Source of the DNA: Oscillospiraceae bacterium
GTDB lineage: Bacteria; Bacillota; Clostridia; Oscillospirales; Ruminococcaceae
Assembly: GCA_017472965.1 (NCBI GenBank)
Contig: JAFUNR010000050.1
Span: forward strand, 22,112 to 86,111
Length of the DNA stretch: 64,000 bases
Direction of reading: 5' to 3'
In this document: positions 8,924 to 19,418 of the stretch, piece by piece
Layout: each line of letters starts with the position of its first letter
Numbering within the stretch: the first letter of the stretch is position 1
Program-made: the position numbers and the translations under genes
Notes under the pieces: model-generated
Databases searched by the model: none
Told to the model about the DNA's origin: nothing
What the model saw: the letters and a program-made list of their open reading frames with translations, nothing else

Positions 8924-11335
8924 ATGAAACCCACCTACACCGAGCAGCAGTTCGATACCCTGCTGCGCGACAAGCTGTTTGGCGAATTCGGCGTCAAGCT
9001 GGAGGAGGCCTCCAACCAGCAGATCTACCGCGCCCTGGCCCTGCTGGTGCGTCAGCGTCTGAGCGATGACCGCAAGCGTTTTATGGCGCGTACCTACGGC
9101 AACAACTCCAAGCAGGTCTACTACCTGTGCATGGAATTTCTGATGGGCCGTTCTCTCAAGACCAACCTGTTCAATCTGGGCTGGAATGTGCCCGCCGGCG
9201 CCGCGCTGAAGGCTGCCGGCATCAAGCTGGAGGATATCTACGAGGAAGAGCCGGATGCCGGCCTTGGCAACGGCGGTCTGGGCCGTCTTGCCGCCTGCTA
9301 TCTGGACGGCATGGCCAGCACCTCCACCCCCGGCATGGGCTACTCCATCCTGTATGAGTACGGCATCTTCAAGCAGAAGATCGTGGACGGCTGGCAGCAG
9401 GAGACCGCCGACAACTGGCTGCCCGGCGGCGGCGTGTGGCTGAAGAGCCACCCCGATCAGGCCATCGAGATCCGCTTCGGCGGCGATCTGACCGAGAGCT
9501 GGGATGCCAACGGCTACCACCGTGTCATCCACCAGAATTACGACAGCGTCATGGCCGTGCCCAGCGATATGTATGTGTCCGGCTTTGACGGTCAGGGCGT
9601 CAGCCAGCTGCGCCTGTGGGCTGCCAAAGCCCCCAGCATGGATATGGACAGCTTCAACCGGGGCGATTACAGCCGCGCCATCAGCGCCAACGCCTCTGCC
9701 GAGCTGATCAGCAAGGTGCTGTACCCCAATGATAACCATCAGGAGGGCAAGATCCTGCGGCTGCGCCAGCAGTATTTCCTGTCCGCCGCATCCATCGCCG
9801 ATATTGTGGAGCGCCACGCCGCCCAGTACGGCAGCATGGAGAGCCTGCCCGACAAGGTGGCCATCCAGCTGAACGATACCCATCCCACTCTGGCCATCCC
9901 CGAGCTGATGCGCATCCTGATGGATGACTGCGGCCTGTCCTGGGATCAGTCCTTCGATATCTGCCGCCGCACCTTTGCCTACACCAATCACACCGTCATG
10001 AGCGAGGCGCTGGAGAAGTGGGATGTCAACATCTTCCGCGCCACCCTGCCCCGCATCTGGGCCATCGTGGCCGAGATGGACCGCCGCGCCCGCGCCGATC
10101 TGGCCCGTGTGTTCCCCGGCGATCAGGGCAAGATCGATTATATGGCTCCCGTGGGCGACGGTCAGGTGCGCATGGCCAACATCTGCTGCTACACCTGCCA
10201 CCGCATCAACGGCGTTTCCAAGCTGCACAGCCAGATCATCAAGGACAGCGTTTTCCACGATTACTATCTGTATGCCCCCGACCGCTTCACCAATGTGACC
10301 AACGGCATCGCCTACCGCCGCTGGCTGCTGGCCTCCAACCCCGGCCTGACCGGCCTGCTGGAGCAGACCATCGGCGAGGATTTCAAGTACGATGCCGCCA
10401 ACCTGAAGAAGTTCGAGGCCTTCCGCGACGATAAGGCCGTGCTGGAGCAGCTGGGCGCCATCAAACGGAAAAACAAGGAGATCTTCGCCGCCCATCTGGA
10501 GAAGATGACCGGCCAGCGCATCGACCCCGCCTCCACCTTTGATGTGCAGGTCAAGCGTATGCATGAGTACAAGCGCCAGCATCTGAATGCGCTGTCCATC
10601 GCCGCCGATTACCTGTTCCTGAAGAACAACCCCAACGCGGAATTTGCGCCCAAGACCTACATCTTCGGCGCCAAGGCTGCCCCCGGTTACTACATGGCCA
10701 AGCAGATGATCCGCTTTATCTGCAGCCTGGGCAAGCTGATCGACCGCGATCCTCTCATCCGCGAAAAGCTGCGCATCGTCTATCTGGAGGATTACAACGT
10801 CACTACCAGCGAGCACCTGATGCCCGCCAGCGAGATCAGTGAGCAGATCTCTCTTGCAGGCACCGAGGCCTCCGGCACCGGCAACATGAAATTCATGCTC
10901 AACGGCGCCATCACGCTGGGCACACTGGACGGCGCCAATGTGGAGATCGCCGATGCCGCCGGTATGGATAACGAGATCATCTTCGGTATGCGTACCCCCG
11001 AGGTCAACGAGCTCAAGCGTACCGGCTACCATCCCGAGGCGTTCCTTGCCTCCGACGATGAGGCCCGCGCCGTGCTGGCCTTCATCCAGAAGGGCTGGAA
11101 CAGCCACAGCTTTGAGGATCTGTACAACAATCTGGCCTACAGCGATCCGTATATGGTGCTGGCCGATTTCCGCTCTTACCGCGATGCACAGGCCCGTGCC
11201 CGCGCCCTGTATGCGCAGCCCGAGGTCTGGAACCGCATGAGCCTGATGAACATCGCCAACGCCGGCGTGTTCAGCGCCGACCGCTCCGTGCAGGATTATA
11301 ACCGTGATATCTGGGGCACCCGTCCCGTCCGCTGA
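8924..11335 (+). CDS. glgP: Glycogen/alpha-glucan phosphorylase (GT35)
   Basis: 803 aa. YYLCMEFLMGRSL, GLGNGGLGRLAAC, and the EASGTGNMKFMLNGA pyridoxal-phosphate lysine region. Confidence 0.95.
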   Translation: MKPTYTEQQFDTLLRDKLFGEFGVKLEEASNQQIYRALALLVRQRLSDDRKRFMARTYGNNSKQVYYLCMEFLMGRSLKTNLFNLGWNVPAGAALKAAGIKLEDIYEEEPDAGLGNGGLGRLAACYLDGMASTSTPGMGYSILYEYGIFKQKIVDGWQQETADNWLPGGGVWLKSHPDQAIEIRFGGDLTESWDANGYHRVIHQNYDSVMAVPSDMYVSGFDGQGVSQLRLWAAKAPSMDMDSFNRGDYSRAISANASAELISKVLYPNDNHQEGKILRLRQQYFLSAASIADIVERHAAQYGSMESLPDKVAIQLNDTHPTLAIPELMRILMDDCGLSWDQSFDICRRTFAYTNHTVMSEALEKWDVNIFRATLPRIWAIVAEMDRRARADLARVFPGDQGKIDYMAPVGDGQVRMANICCYTCHRINGVSKLHSQIIKDSVFHDYYLYAPDRFTNVTNGIAYRRWLLASNPGLTGLLEQTIGEDFKYDAANLKKFEAFRDDKAVLEQLGAIKRKNKEIFAAHLEKMTGQRIDPASTFDVQVKRMHEYKRQHLNALSIAADYLFLKNNPNAEFAPKTYIFGAKAAPGYYMAKQMIRFICSLGKLIDRDPLIREKLRIVYLEDYNVTTSEHLMPASEISEQISLAGTEASGTGNMKFMLNGAITLGTLDGANVEIADAAGMDNEIIFGMRTPEVNELKRTGYHPEAFLASDDEARAVLAFIQKGWNSHSFEDLYNNLAYSDPYMVLADFRSYRDAQARARALYAQPEVWNRMSLMNIANAGVFSADRSVQDYNRDIWGTRPVR

Positions 11336-11358
11336 ACCTTTATTTCCGGCAATTTCAG

Positions 11359-11401
11359 GCTGCCGCAGCCAAGTCTGCACGCTGCGGCAGCTTCGTCTTT
11401 T
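11359..11401 (+). terminator. Intrinsic terminator after glgP
   Basis: GCTGCCGCAGC-loop-GCTGCGGCAGC (11-bp stem) followed by TTCGTCTTTT. Confidence 0.7.
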
Positions 11402-11447
11402 ATACCCCGGCCGCCGCGCGGCACGGTGAAAAGGAGACCGCACGTCT

Positions 11448-13286
11448 ATGACCACTCCGGTTTACAACAGCTACGATCCGTTCCATAAAAGCCCCTTCGG
11501 CGCGGTGCCTGCCGGACAGGAGGTTCGCTTCCGTCTGCTGCTGCCCCACGATCCCCGCGCCCTGCGTCCCCGCTTTTTCCTGATGGAGGACGGTCAGGGC
11601 AGGGAGGAGGCCGCCGTCACCGTCATGCGGGTGGAGGAGCACCGTCCCGATGGTACGGATGTGTACGCCTGTACCCTGAAGGTGGAGCGCCCGGGCCTGT
11701 ATTTCTATTTCTTTGATCTGTACCGGGATTACAACAAGGTGTTTGAGAGCGAGGCCGGCGGCGCCTGCACGGTCACCACGCAGGACGGTCAGCCCTACCA
11801 GCTCACCGTGTACGATCCCGCTTTCACCGTCAATACCGCCATGACCGGCGGCGTGATGTACCAGATCTTCCCCGACCGCTTTTTCGAGGGTGAGCCGGAT
11901 AAGACCATGCCCTTTGCCGACCGGGTCTACCGCACCGACAAGCAGAATCCGCCCTATTACTGGCCCAATGAAAAGCCGGAGGGCTACCTCAACATGGATT
12001 ATTACGGCGGCGACCTGAAGGGCATCCTGCAGAAGCTGCCCTATCTGGAAGAGCTGGGGGTCACCTGCATCTATCTGAATCCCATTTTCGAGGCGCACTC
12101 CAACCACCGCTACAACACCGCCGATTACATGAAGGTGGATCCGGTGCTGGGCACCAACGAGGATTTTTCGGCCCTGTGCAGCGCTGCCCATGCCCGCGGC
12201 ATCCGCATCCTGCTGGACGGCGTATTCAGCCACACCGGCTCCGACAGCCTGTACTTCAACAAGGAGGGGCGCTATCCCACCCGCGGCGCGTGGCAGGATA
12301 AGCAAAGCCCCTACCGCAGCTGGTATGATTTCAGCGCCGAATACAAATGCGGCTACCGCAGCTGGTGGGGCTTCGAGACTCTGCCGGAGGTGGAGGAGAA
12401 CGACCCCGCCTACCGGGAGTTCATCTGCGGCGAAAACGGGGTGCTGCGCACCTGGCTGCGCCGCGGCGCCGACGGCTGGCGGCTGGATGTGGCCGACGAG
12501 CTGCCGGATGATTTCATCGCTGCCATCCGCGCCGCTGTCAAAGCGGAGGGCGCGGATAAATTCCTGCTGGGCGAGGTGTGGGAGGATGCCACCACCAAGA
12601 TAAGCTACGGCGGCCGCCGGAAGTATTTCTGGGGCAGCGAGCTGGATACCGTGATGAACTATCCCTGGCGCACCGCCGTGCTGGATTTTGTGCGCTTCGG
12701 CAACGGCGAGGCCGCCGCCCGCAGCTTTATGAGCATCTGTGAGCACTACCCGCCCGCCGCGCTGCATACGCTGATGAATTCGCTGGGCACCCACGATACC
12801 GAGCGTGCCATCACCATGCTGGCGGGCGAAAGCAGCGAGGGGCATGACCGCCACTGGCAGAACCACACCGCCATGAGCCCCGCCGCCCGCGCCGCCGGCA
12901 TGCGGCTGCTGCGGCTGGCCATCTGGCTGCAGTTCTTCCTGCCGGGCAACCCCTGCATCTATTACGGCGACGAGATCGGCATGGAGGGCTACCGCGATCC
13001 CTTCAACCGCGCCTATTTTGACTGGAGCAACGGGGACAACAGCCTGCGCAGCGTCATCCGCACCATGGCGGCGGCGCGCAAAAAGTGCCGCGCCCTGCAC
13101 GACGGCGATCTGCGGGTGCTTTCCGCCACCGCCGAGACCATCGCCCTGACCCGCACCAGCGGTGAAAGCCACGCCGCCATTCTGGTCAACCGCAGCAGCT
13201 ATACCCCCGCATCCGTCATGCTGCCCTGCGGTCGGGTACTCACCGCCGCGCCGCTGCACGCCGCTTTCCTGTGCACGGAGGAATGA
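11448..13286 (+). CDS. Glycoside hydrolase family 13 (alpha-amylase superfamily, neopullulanase/cyclomaltodextrinase-like)
   Basis: GH13 conserved regions: GVTCIYLNPIFEAHSNHRY, GIRILLDGVFSHTG, GWRLDVADEL, FLLGEVWED, NSLGTHDTER. Confidence 0.85.
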   Translation: MTTPVYNSYDPFHKSPFGAVPAGQEVRFRLLLPHDPRALRPRFFLMEDGQGREEAAVTVMRVEEHRPDGTDVYACTLKVERPGLYFYFFDLYRDYNKVFESEAGGACTVTTQDGQPYQLTVYDPAFTVNTAMTGGVMYQIFPDRFFEGEPDKTMPFADRVYRTDKQNPPYYWPNEKPEGYLNMDYYGGDLKGILQKLPYLEELGVTCIYLNPIFEAHSNHRYNTADYMKVDPVLGTNEDFSALCSAAHARGIRILLDGVFSHTGSDSLYFNKEGRYPTRGAWQDKQSPYRSWYDFSAEYKCGYRSWWGFETLPEVEENDPAYREFICGENGVLRTWLRRGADGWRLDVADELPDDFIAAIRAAVKAEGADKFLLGEVWEDATTKISYGGRRKYFWGSELDTVMNYPWRTAVLDFVRFGNGEAAARSFMSICEHYPPAALHTLMNSLGTHDTERAITMLAGESSEGHDRHWQNHTAMSPAARAAGMRLLRLAIWLQFFLPGNPCIYYGDEIGMEGYRDPFNRAYFDWSNGDNSLRSVIRTMAAARKKCRALHDGDLRVLSATAETIALTRTSGESHAAILVNRSSYTPASVMLPCGRVLTAAPLHAAFLCTEE

Positions 13287-13302
13287 CCGGTCTGTATATA
13301 CC

Positions 13303-13338
13303 GAAGCTGCCGCCTTCTGCGCGGCGGCTTCTTTTTTT
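13303..13338 (+). terminator. Intrinsic terminator after the GH13 gene
   Basis: GAAGCTGCCGC / GCGGCGGCTTC stem (one U-G pair) followed by TTTTTTT. Confidence 0.8.
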
Positions 13339-13406
13339 GCCGTCTGCGGCACGGCGCCGCAGCGCCCGCACTTCTTTTCCGGCGGCGGCCCTCTTTGCGT
13401 TTCCCC

Positions 13407-13435
13407 TTGCATTTACGGCGGCTTTGCGGTATAGT
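13407..13435 (+). promoter_or_regulatory. Candidate sigma-70 promoter (TTGCAT-17-TATAGT) for the M42 peptidase gene
   Basis: TTGCAT at 13407-13412, a 17-nt spacer, TATAGT at 13430-13435. Confidence 0.5.
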
Positions 13436-13478
13436 TGATTTACAAAACCGATACATTTCACCCGGGGAGGATTTATTT

Positions 13479-14516
13479 ATGAAACGTTCGTATGCCGAAT
13501 ACGCCGCCGAAGCCGCCGCACAGCTGCTTGCCGTCGACAGCCCTACCGGTTACACGGCCGCCGCCGCACAGTGGGTGCAGCAGGCCTTTGCCGCGCTGGG
13601 CTTTGATGCCGTCATCACCAACAAGGGCGGCGTGATCATCGATCTGGGCGGTGCCGATGCCGACGATGCGCTGCTGCTGGAGGCCCACGCCGATACGCTG
13701 GGCGCCATGGTGGCCGAGGTGAAAGCAAGCGGCCGTCTGCGGCTGACTGCGCTGGGCGGCATGAGCGCCTACAACGGCGAGGCAGAATGTGTCCGTGTGC
13801 ACACCCGCGAGGGCCGTGTCATCGAAGGCACGCTGCAGCTGTGCAACGCCTCGCTGCATGTCAACCCCGATTACAGCGATGCCAAACGCAATTTCGATAC
13901 CACCGAGGTGGTGCTGGATGAGGATGTGGATTCCGCTGCCGATACCCGTGCGCTGGGCATCGAGGTGGGCGATTTTGTCGCCTTTGAGCCCCGTACCCGT
14001 ATCACGGAAAGCGGCTACATCAAGAGCCGCTTTCTGGATGACAAGCTCTCTGTGGGCATTCTGCTGGGCTTCGCCAAATATCTGAAGGATACCGGCGCCG
14101 TGCCTGCCCGCCGCGTGTGGGTGCATGTCACGGTGTATGAGGAGGTGGGCCACGGCGGCTCCTCCAATGTGCCCGCCGGCGTCACCGAGGCCATCAGCGT
14201 GGATATGGGCTGCGTGGGCACCGGCCTTGGCTGCACCGAAAAGATGGTCTCCATCTGTGCCAAGGATTCCGGCGGCCCCTACAATTATGATGTGGTGGGC
14301 GGTCTGATCGCCGCCGCCAAAAAGGAAAACGCCGCCTATGCGGTGGATGTGTACCCCCGCTACGGCTCGGATGTGGAGATGACCCTGCGCGCCGGCTACG
14401 ATATCCGCCACGGTCTGATCGGCGCGGGCGTGTACGCCAGCCACGGCTATGAGCGCAGCCACATCGACGGCGTGTGGAACACGCTGAAGGTGCTCAAGGG
14501 TTACCTGAACCTGTAA
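13479..14516 (+). CDS. M42 family metallo-aminopeptidase (FrvX/glutamyl aminopeptidase-like). Start at MKRSYAEY.
   Basis: LLLEAHADTLG, SRFLDDK and YEEVGHGG metal-ligand style motifs. GGGGAGG RBS 8 nt upstream of the ATG at 13479. Confidence 0.8.
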   Translation: MKRSYAEYAAEAAAQLLAVDSPTGYTAAAAQWVQQAFAALGFDAVITNKGGVIIDLGGADADDALLLEAHADTLGAMVAEVKASGRLRLTALGGMSAYNGEAECVRVHTREGRVIEGTLQLCNASLHVNPDYSDAKRNFDTTEVVLDEDVDSAADTRALGIEVGDFVAFEPRTRITESGYIKSRFLDDKLSVGILLGFAKYLKDTGAVPARRVWVHVTVYEEVGHGGSSNVPAGVTEAISVDMGCVGTGLGCTEKMVSICAKDSGGPYNYDVVGGLIAAAKKENAAYAVDVYPRYGSDVEMTLRAGYDIRHGLIGAGVYASHGYERSHIDGVWNTLKVLKGYLNL

Positions 14517-14531
14517 GTTTTCCGGAAATGT

Positions 14532-14580
14532 AAAAAGCGGAACCGCTGCACGGCAAGGTGCAGCGGTTCCGTCTTTTCTG
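14532..14580. terminator. Bidirectional intrinsic terminator between convergent M42 and DD-carboxypeptidase genes
   Basis: 14-bp perfect stem CGGAACCGCTGCAC / GTGCAGCGGTTCCG, flanked by AAAAA upstream and CTTTTCTGTTT downstream. Confidence 0.85.
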
Positions 14581-14597
14581 TTTATGGCTGTTCGCGG

Positions 14598-16019
14598 TCA
14601 TTTCCGCGGCCGGCGCTGGCGGCTGATCCTGCGCTCCACCGGTGCGCCGCGGCGCGGGGCGGAACGCGGCTCGGTATAGCCTTCGGCCTGCATTTTGTGG
14701 CGGCGCTCCAACAGGTGTATCATCACAAAATAGGCGGCGATCAGGATGGCCAGCAGGATGAGCACCGTGCGGAAATACAGACTGCCGGCAAATTCTTTCA
14801 GCTGCGCCCAGCTGTACAGCAGCTCGCTGCGCTCGATATCCGTGTGGCTGACCAGCGCCACCGTGCCCAGCTCCTCGCCGGCAAGGCTCAGCTTTACGGC
14901 GCCGATCACATCGCCTTTTTTGATGGGCGCGGCCACGCTCTCCGGCAAAAGGTAGGTCTTTTGCAGCACGCTTTCATCCGCCTCGTTGGGCAGCAGGGTG
15001 GCAAAGCTTTCCTCCGGATACAGCAGCACGGTGTCGGTCACATCGGAATATTTGACCGGCACCTCCTGCAGAGGCTTGTCCACATCCAGCGCAGGCGATA
15101 CGCTGAAATTGGCAAATGCCCAGTCGTACAAAGCGGAGGATACCGAAAAGGAAAGTCCATAGCCGTATTCATCCAGCTCGTAGGGGGTGCCCATCACGAT
15201 CAGCATATAGGTCTCGCCGTTTCTGGTGGCGGTGGAGGCCAGATTGTAGCCTGCATCCGGTGTGGAGCCGGTCTTCAGGCCGTGCACATCGCTGCGGTAG
15301 ATCTTGGAGGAGGTGCGCTGCAGATAGTTGGTGGAGCGGATGGTGTAGGCACAGTCCGGCTTGCTGGCGTATTCGGGGTGGGTGTGCTTGTTGGTAAAGG
15401 GCATATCGTAGCTTTCGCTGCTTGCCACCTCCATAAAGCCGGGGGTGTCGTAACAGGCTTTGGCGATCAGATACATATCGTAGGCGCAGGAGTAGTGGTT
15501 TTCCTCCATACCCCAGATGCCGTGTGCATTGGTGAAATTGGTGTTGACACAGCCCAGCTGTTTGGCGCGGGCGTTCATGGTGAAGAAGAAGTTGTCCAGA
15601 TTGCCGCCGCCCAGATAATCCGCCGTGATGCTGGCCGCCTCGTTGCCGCTGGGCAGCAGCATGGCATACAGCAGGGTCTCGGCGGTGACGGTCTCCCATG
15701 GGCGGATATCGGCATTGGAGACCTTCAGACCGAACATTTCGTCATAAATGTAGCCCGGCGCGGTGACCTCGGTACCGGCGAGATCGGCGCAGTTTTCCAT
15801 CAGCAGCAGGCTGGTCATCATCTTGGTCAGACTGGCGGGAGCGCGGGCCTTTTTGGCGTTCTTTTCATATACCACCCGGCCGGTGTCCAGATTTACCATG
15901 TACACCGCATCGGCATTCACCTCAAACGGCGGGGTAAAGGCCGCCTGCGCAGGCTGGACAGGGCATAAGCAGCACACCAGCACGCAGCACAGCACAAAGG
16001 CTGCTATCTTTTTTCGCAT
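14598..16019 (-). CDS. D-alanyl-D-alanine carboxypeptidase (S11 low-MW PBP) with C-terminal TM anchor. Start at MRKKIAAF.
   Basis: Signal peptide, then SxxK (ASLTKMMT), SxN (LPSGNEAA) and KTG (GLKTGST) motifs. C-terminal hydrophobic helix and basic tail. Confidence 0.85.
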   Translation of the reverse strand: MRKKIAAFVLCCVLVCCLCPVQPAQAAFTPPFEVNADAVYMVNLDTGRVVYEKNAKKARAPASLTKMMTSLLLMENCADLAGTEVTAPGYIYDEMFGLKVSNADIRPWETVTAETLLYAMLLPSGNEAASITADYLGGGNLDNFFFTMNARAKQLGCVNTNFTNAHGIWGMEENHYSCAYDMYLIAKACYDTPGFMEVASSESYDMPFTNKHTHPEYASKPDCAYTIRSTNYLQRTSSKIYRSDVHGLKTGSTPDAGYNLASTATRNGETYMLIVMGTPYELDEYGYGLSFSVSSALYDWAFANFSVSPALDVDKPLQEVPVKYSDVTDTVLLYPEESFATLLPNEADESVLQKTYLLPESVAAPIKKGDVIGAVKLSLAGEELGTVALVSHTDIERSELLYSWAQLKEFAGSLYFRTVLILLAILIAAYFVMIHLLERRHKMQAEGYTEPRSAPRRGAPVERRISRQRRPRK

Positions 16020-16249
16020 GGGACTCCTTGCCCCCTTTCGTGAATTGTGATAGAATGAATATATCCCGTGCAGCCGCCGGCACAAACGGCGCGCCGCACA
16101 CAGAAAAAATGTGCAGGATCCTCACCTCCCGTCTGTATATAAAACGGCGGCGGGCGGCGGTTCTCTTCAATCATATCACATCCGCGTGCAAAAGAAAAGC
16201 GAAAAACTGTGTATTTTCTGTACGCGATACCGGCGGGGAGAAATTTTTC

Positions 16250-16957
16250 ATGATCTATGTGACAAGCGATACCCACGGCGATGCCGACCGTTTCCGCGCG
16301 CCGGCGGTGCGCAGACTGCGCCGCGGCGACACGCTGGTGGTGCTGGGGGATTTCGGCTTTGTGTGGGATGGCTCGAAAGCTGAGAAAAAACAGCTGAAAA
16401 AGCTGAGCCGGCGCCGTTACAAGCTGCTTTTCATCGACGGCAGCCACGAAAATTTTGCGCTGCTGGCGCAGTATCCCGAGGTGGATTTCGCCGGCGGGCG
16501 GGCGCAGCAGCTGGGCAAAAACCTGTACCGGCTGCAGCGCGGCGGGCTGTATACTATAGAGGGCAAGACCCTGCTGGTGCTGGGCGGCGGCGAAAGCCTT
16601 GACCGCGAAAGCCGCGAGGAGGGTGTGACCTGGTGGCCGGAGGAGCTGCCCGCGGCGGAGGAGCTTGCCCGCTGCGATGCGGCGCTGGACGCCTGCGGCG
16701 GCAGGGTGGATTTCATCCTGACCCACGATGCCCCCGCCCGCCTGCTCGGCTTTCTCAAGCTGGATAAGGACAGCGTTCTTTACGAGGAAAACGCGCTGGA
16801 GCTGTATCTGGACGGTCTGATGAAGCGGGCGCAGTACCGGCTGTGGTGCTTCGGCCGCTACCATCTGGATCAGCCCGTCGGCACCACCGTGTGCGCCGTG
16901 TATAAAAAGGTGATCCCGCTGTGGAAAGCGGAGAAAAAACGCCGCGGCGCAAAATGA
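16250..16957 (+). CDS. Metallophosphoesterase family protein. Start at MIYVTSDTHGD.
   Basis: DxH (SDTHGD), GDxxD-like (VLGDFGF), GSHEN and THDAP motifs of calcineurin-like phosphoesterases. GGGGAG RBS upstream. Confidence 0.75.
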   Translation: MIYVTSDTHGDADRFRAPAVRRLRRGDTLVVLGDFGFVWDGSKAEKKQLKKLSRRRYKLLFIDGSHENFALLAQYPEVDFAGGRAQQLGKNLYRLQRGGLYTIEGKTLLVLGGGESLDRESREEGVTWWPEELPAAEELARCDAALDACGGRVDFILTHDAPARLLGFLKLDKDSVLYEENALELYLDGLMKRAQYRLWCFGRYHLDQPVGTTVCAVYKKVIPLWKAEKKRRGAK

Positions 16958-17096
16958 GCCTTTTTTGTGCGGCGGTCGTTCACAATTTTTAACATCCGCC
17001 TTGCAGTTTGTTCACATTTTTCCTGTATAATGAAAAATGGAATACAATGTGCTGCGTGCCGCCACCCTGCGGCGGCGAAAGAAAGGAGTAAATACA

Positions 17097-17810
17097 ATGG
17101 CCAAACAGAAGATCATGATCGTGGATGACGACAGAAATATCTGCGAGCTGCTGCGGCTGTATCTGGAAAAAGAGGATTTTGCCACCGTGATCGCCGGCGA
17201 CGGCGTGCGTGCGCTGGAGCTTTATGAGAGCGAAAAGCCCGATCTGGTGCTGCTGGATATCATGATGCCCCGCATGGACGGTTGGGAGGTCTGCCGCCGT
17301 CTGCGGGAAAAAAGCCGCGTGCCGGTGATCATGCTCACCGCCAAGGGCGAGACCTTCGACAAGGTGCTGGGGCTCGAGCTGGGCGCCGACGATTACATCG
17401 TCAAGCCCTTTGATACCAAAGAGGTGGTGGCCCGCATCAAGGCGGTGCTGCGCCGCTGCACCGAGGGCGTCGGTGCCGAGGAAAAACCGGAAAGCGATCC
17501 CAACTGCGTGGAATTCGATAAGCTGAGCATCGACCTGAACCGCTACGAGCTGCGTATCGACGGCACAGTGGTGGAAGCTCCTCCCAAGGAGATGGAGCTA
17601 CTGCATTTTCTGGCGGCGCATCCCAATCGTGTCTACACCCGTAACCAGCTGCTGGACGAGGTGTGGGGCTTTGATTACTACGGCGACAGCCGCACCATCG
17701 ATGTGCATGTCAAGCGCCTGCGCGAAAAGCTGGAGGGCGTCAGCGACAAATGGAGCCTCAAGACCGTCTGGGGTGTGGGCTATAAGTTTGAATCGCTGGA
17801 GCAGGAATGA
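17097..17810 (+). CDS. OmpR/PhoB-family response regulator. Start at MAKQKIMIVDDD.
   Basis: Receiver domain (IMIVDDD ... LLDIMMPRMDG ... MLTAKG) plus a winged-helix C-terminus (RTIDVHVKRLREKL ... VWGVGYKF). AAAGGAG RBS. Confidence 0.9.
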   Translation: MAKQKIMIVDDDRNICELLRLYLEKEDFATVIAGDGVRALELYESEKPDLVLLDIMMPRMDGWEVCRRLREKSRVPVIMLTAKGETFDKVLGLELGADDYIVKPFDTKEVVARIKAVLRRCTEGVGAEEKPESDPNCVEFDKLSIDLNRYELRIDGTVVEAPPKEMELLHFLAAHPNRVYTRNQLLDEVWGFDYYGDSRTIDVHVKRLREKLEGVSDKWSLKTVWGVGYKFESLEQE

Positions 17811-17827
17811 TGCGGTGAGGTGCCGGT

Positions 17828-19339
17828 ATGGGCAAGGAAAAACAGCGAAGCATTGCCCGGCGTTACTTTACCTCGGTAACGCTGGTGGTGCTCTGCAGCA
17901 TGGTGCTGCTGGCCGGTATCTTTCTGACACTGGCGGGGCAGTTCATCTATAACGAGAATCTGAAAAATCTGGATATCGCCGTGGAGCGCATCAGTCAGGT
18001 GATGAGCGTGGCGGAAAGCGAGATCGACGATCCCGCCGTCATGGAAAAGCTGGCGCGGCATGCCGCCGCGCTGGTGACCGAGATCACCGATGCCGGTCTG
18101 CTGGTGGCCGACCACGAGGGCCGCATCATCTATTCCGGCGGCGATGTGCAGCTGCGGGGGGATACCCTTTCGCAAAAGACCATGCAGCGCTTCCGCGAGG
18201 CGGGCAGCGCCGTTTCCCGCAGCCGTGCGCAGAGCCTCACCGATCTGGACGGTCTGCTGGAGCAGCGCTATTATGTGGTGGGCAGTGTTTATACGGGCGA
18301 CGGCGGCGAAAACTATCTGGCAGTGCTCTCCGATGCGGGGCGCTTCAGCGGGTATCTTTCCGAGCTGGTGCTGGCCTTTATGTGGGCCAGCCTGCTGATG
18401 CTGCTCATCAGTGCGGTGCTGGCCGTTATCACCGCCCGCCGGGTCTGTGCGCCACTTTCCCAGATCTCCAAAGCGGCAAGTCAGTTCGGACGGGGGGATT
18501 TCTCCGCCCGTATCACGGTGGCCGACGGCAGCAACGATGAGATCTCCCAGCTGGCGCAGAATTTCAATACCATGGCCGCCAATCTGGAGGCCATCGACCG
18601 CTCCCGCCAGAGCTTCATGGGCAACATTGCCCACGAGCTGCGCACCCCCATGACCAGCATCAAGGGTTTTGTGGACGGTATGCTGGACGGGGTCATCCCG
18701 CCCGAGCTTTATCCCCGCTATCTGGGGCTGGTCAGCGACGAGGTGGCGCGGCTGACCCGGCTGATCCAGAGCATGCTGGATATCACCAAGCTGGAGGCGG
18801 GCGAATACAAGGTCAACGCCAAAAACTACGATATCTGGCAGACACTGGGCGCGGTGCTGATGAACAGCGAGCAGCGGCTGGTGGAAGGGCGTATCGGTGT
18901 GGGCGGCTACCATCCGCAGCGTACCATCGTCTATGCGGATGCCGATCTGATCTATCAGGTGGTGTACAACATTGTGGATAACGCCATCAAGTTCACGCCG
19001 GAGGGCGGGCGCATTGATCTGAATGTTGCCGCCGTGAAAGACCGGGTGTATGTGAGCATCCGCAACAGCGGCGAGGGCGTTCCCGCCGATCAGCTGCCCT
19101 ATCTGTTTGAACGGTTTTACAAGGGCGACAAAAGCCGCGGCATTCATGCCAAGGGTGCGGGACTGGGTATGCATATCAGCAAGGTGCTGATCGGTGTCAG
19201 CGGCGGCAGTATCCGTGTGGACAGCGACTCTGCCAGCTGGACGGAGTTTACCTTCGATCTGCCTGCGGGCCGCCCCGAGCTGCCCCCGCCCCGTCCGCGC
19301 GGCGGCCGCCTGATCAAATTCCGGAAAAAACAGCAGTGA
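17828..19339 (+). CDS. Sensor histidine kinase (two TM helices, HAMP, HisKA, HATPase)
   Basis: H-box FMGNIAHELRTPMTSIKG, N-box DNAIKFTPEGG, G-boxes GEGVP and GAGLGMHISK. HAMP-like segment after the second TM. Confidence 0.9.
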   Translation: MGKEKQRSIARRYFTSVTLVVLCSMVLLAGIFLTLAGQFIYNENLKNLDIAVERISQVMSVAESEIDDPAVMEKLARHAAALVTEITDAGLLVADHEGRIIYSGGDVQLRGDTLSQKTMQRFREAGSAVSRSRAQSLTDLDGLLEQRYYVVGSVYTGDGGENYLAVLSDAGRFSGYLSELVLAFMWASLLMLLISAVLAVITARRVCAPLSQISKAASQFGRGDFSARITVADGSNDEISQLAQNFNTMAANLEAIDRSRQSFMGNIAHELRTPMTSIKGFVDGMLDGVIPPELYPRYLGLVSDEVARLTRLIQSMLDITKLEAGEYKVNAKNYDIWQTLGAVLMNSEQRLVEGRIGVGGYHPQRTIVYADADLIYQVVYNIVDNAIKFTPEGGRIDLNVAAVKDRVYVSIRNSGEGVPADQLPYLFERFYKGDKSRGIHAKGAGLGMHISKVLIGVSGGSIRVDSDSASWTEFTFDLPAGRPELPPPRPRGGRLIKFRKKQQ

Positions 19340-19418
19340 TCGCTGTGATTTTTGATGGCTTTGCAAGAACAGTAATTTACCAAGGAACGGCGCAAGCGCC
19401 GTAAGAGGAGGAACCCCT

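Noticed and set aside
8858-11455. Very long antisense ORFs opposite well-supported genes. Examples: 4-1149, 8858-11455, 11400-13412, 17780-19765, 19377-21035, 26798-28924, 38968-40917, 41100-44114, 45613-47460, 48135-50414, 54774-56420, 60781-63921.
   Set aside because: Each lies opposite a gene with strong family motifs. Their translations are low-complexity (Gly/Ala/His/Gln/Arg-rich) with no motifs. Stop-free shadow frames are expected in DNA above 60% GC.
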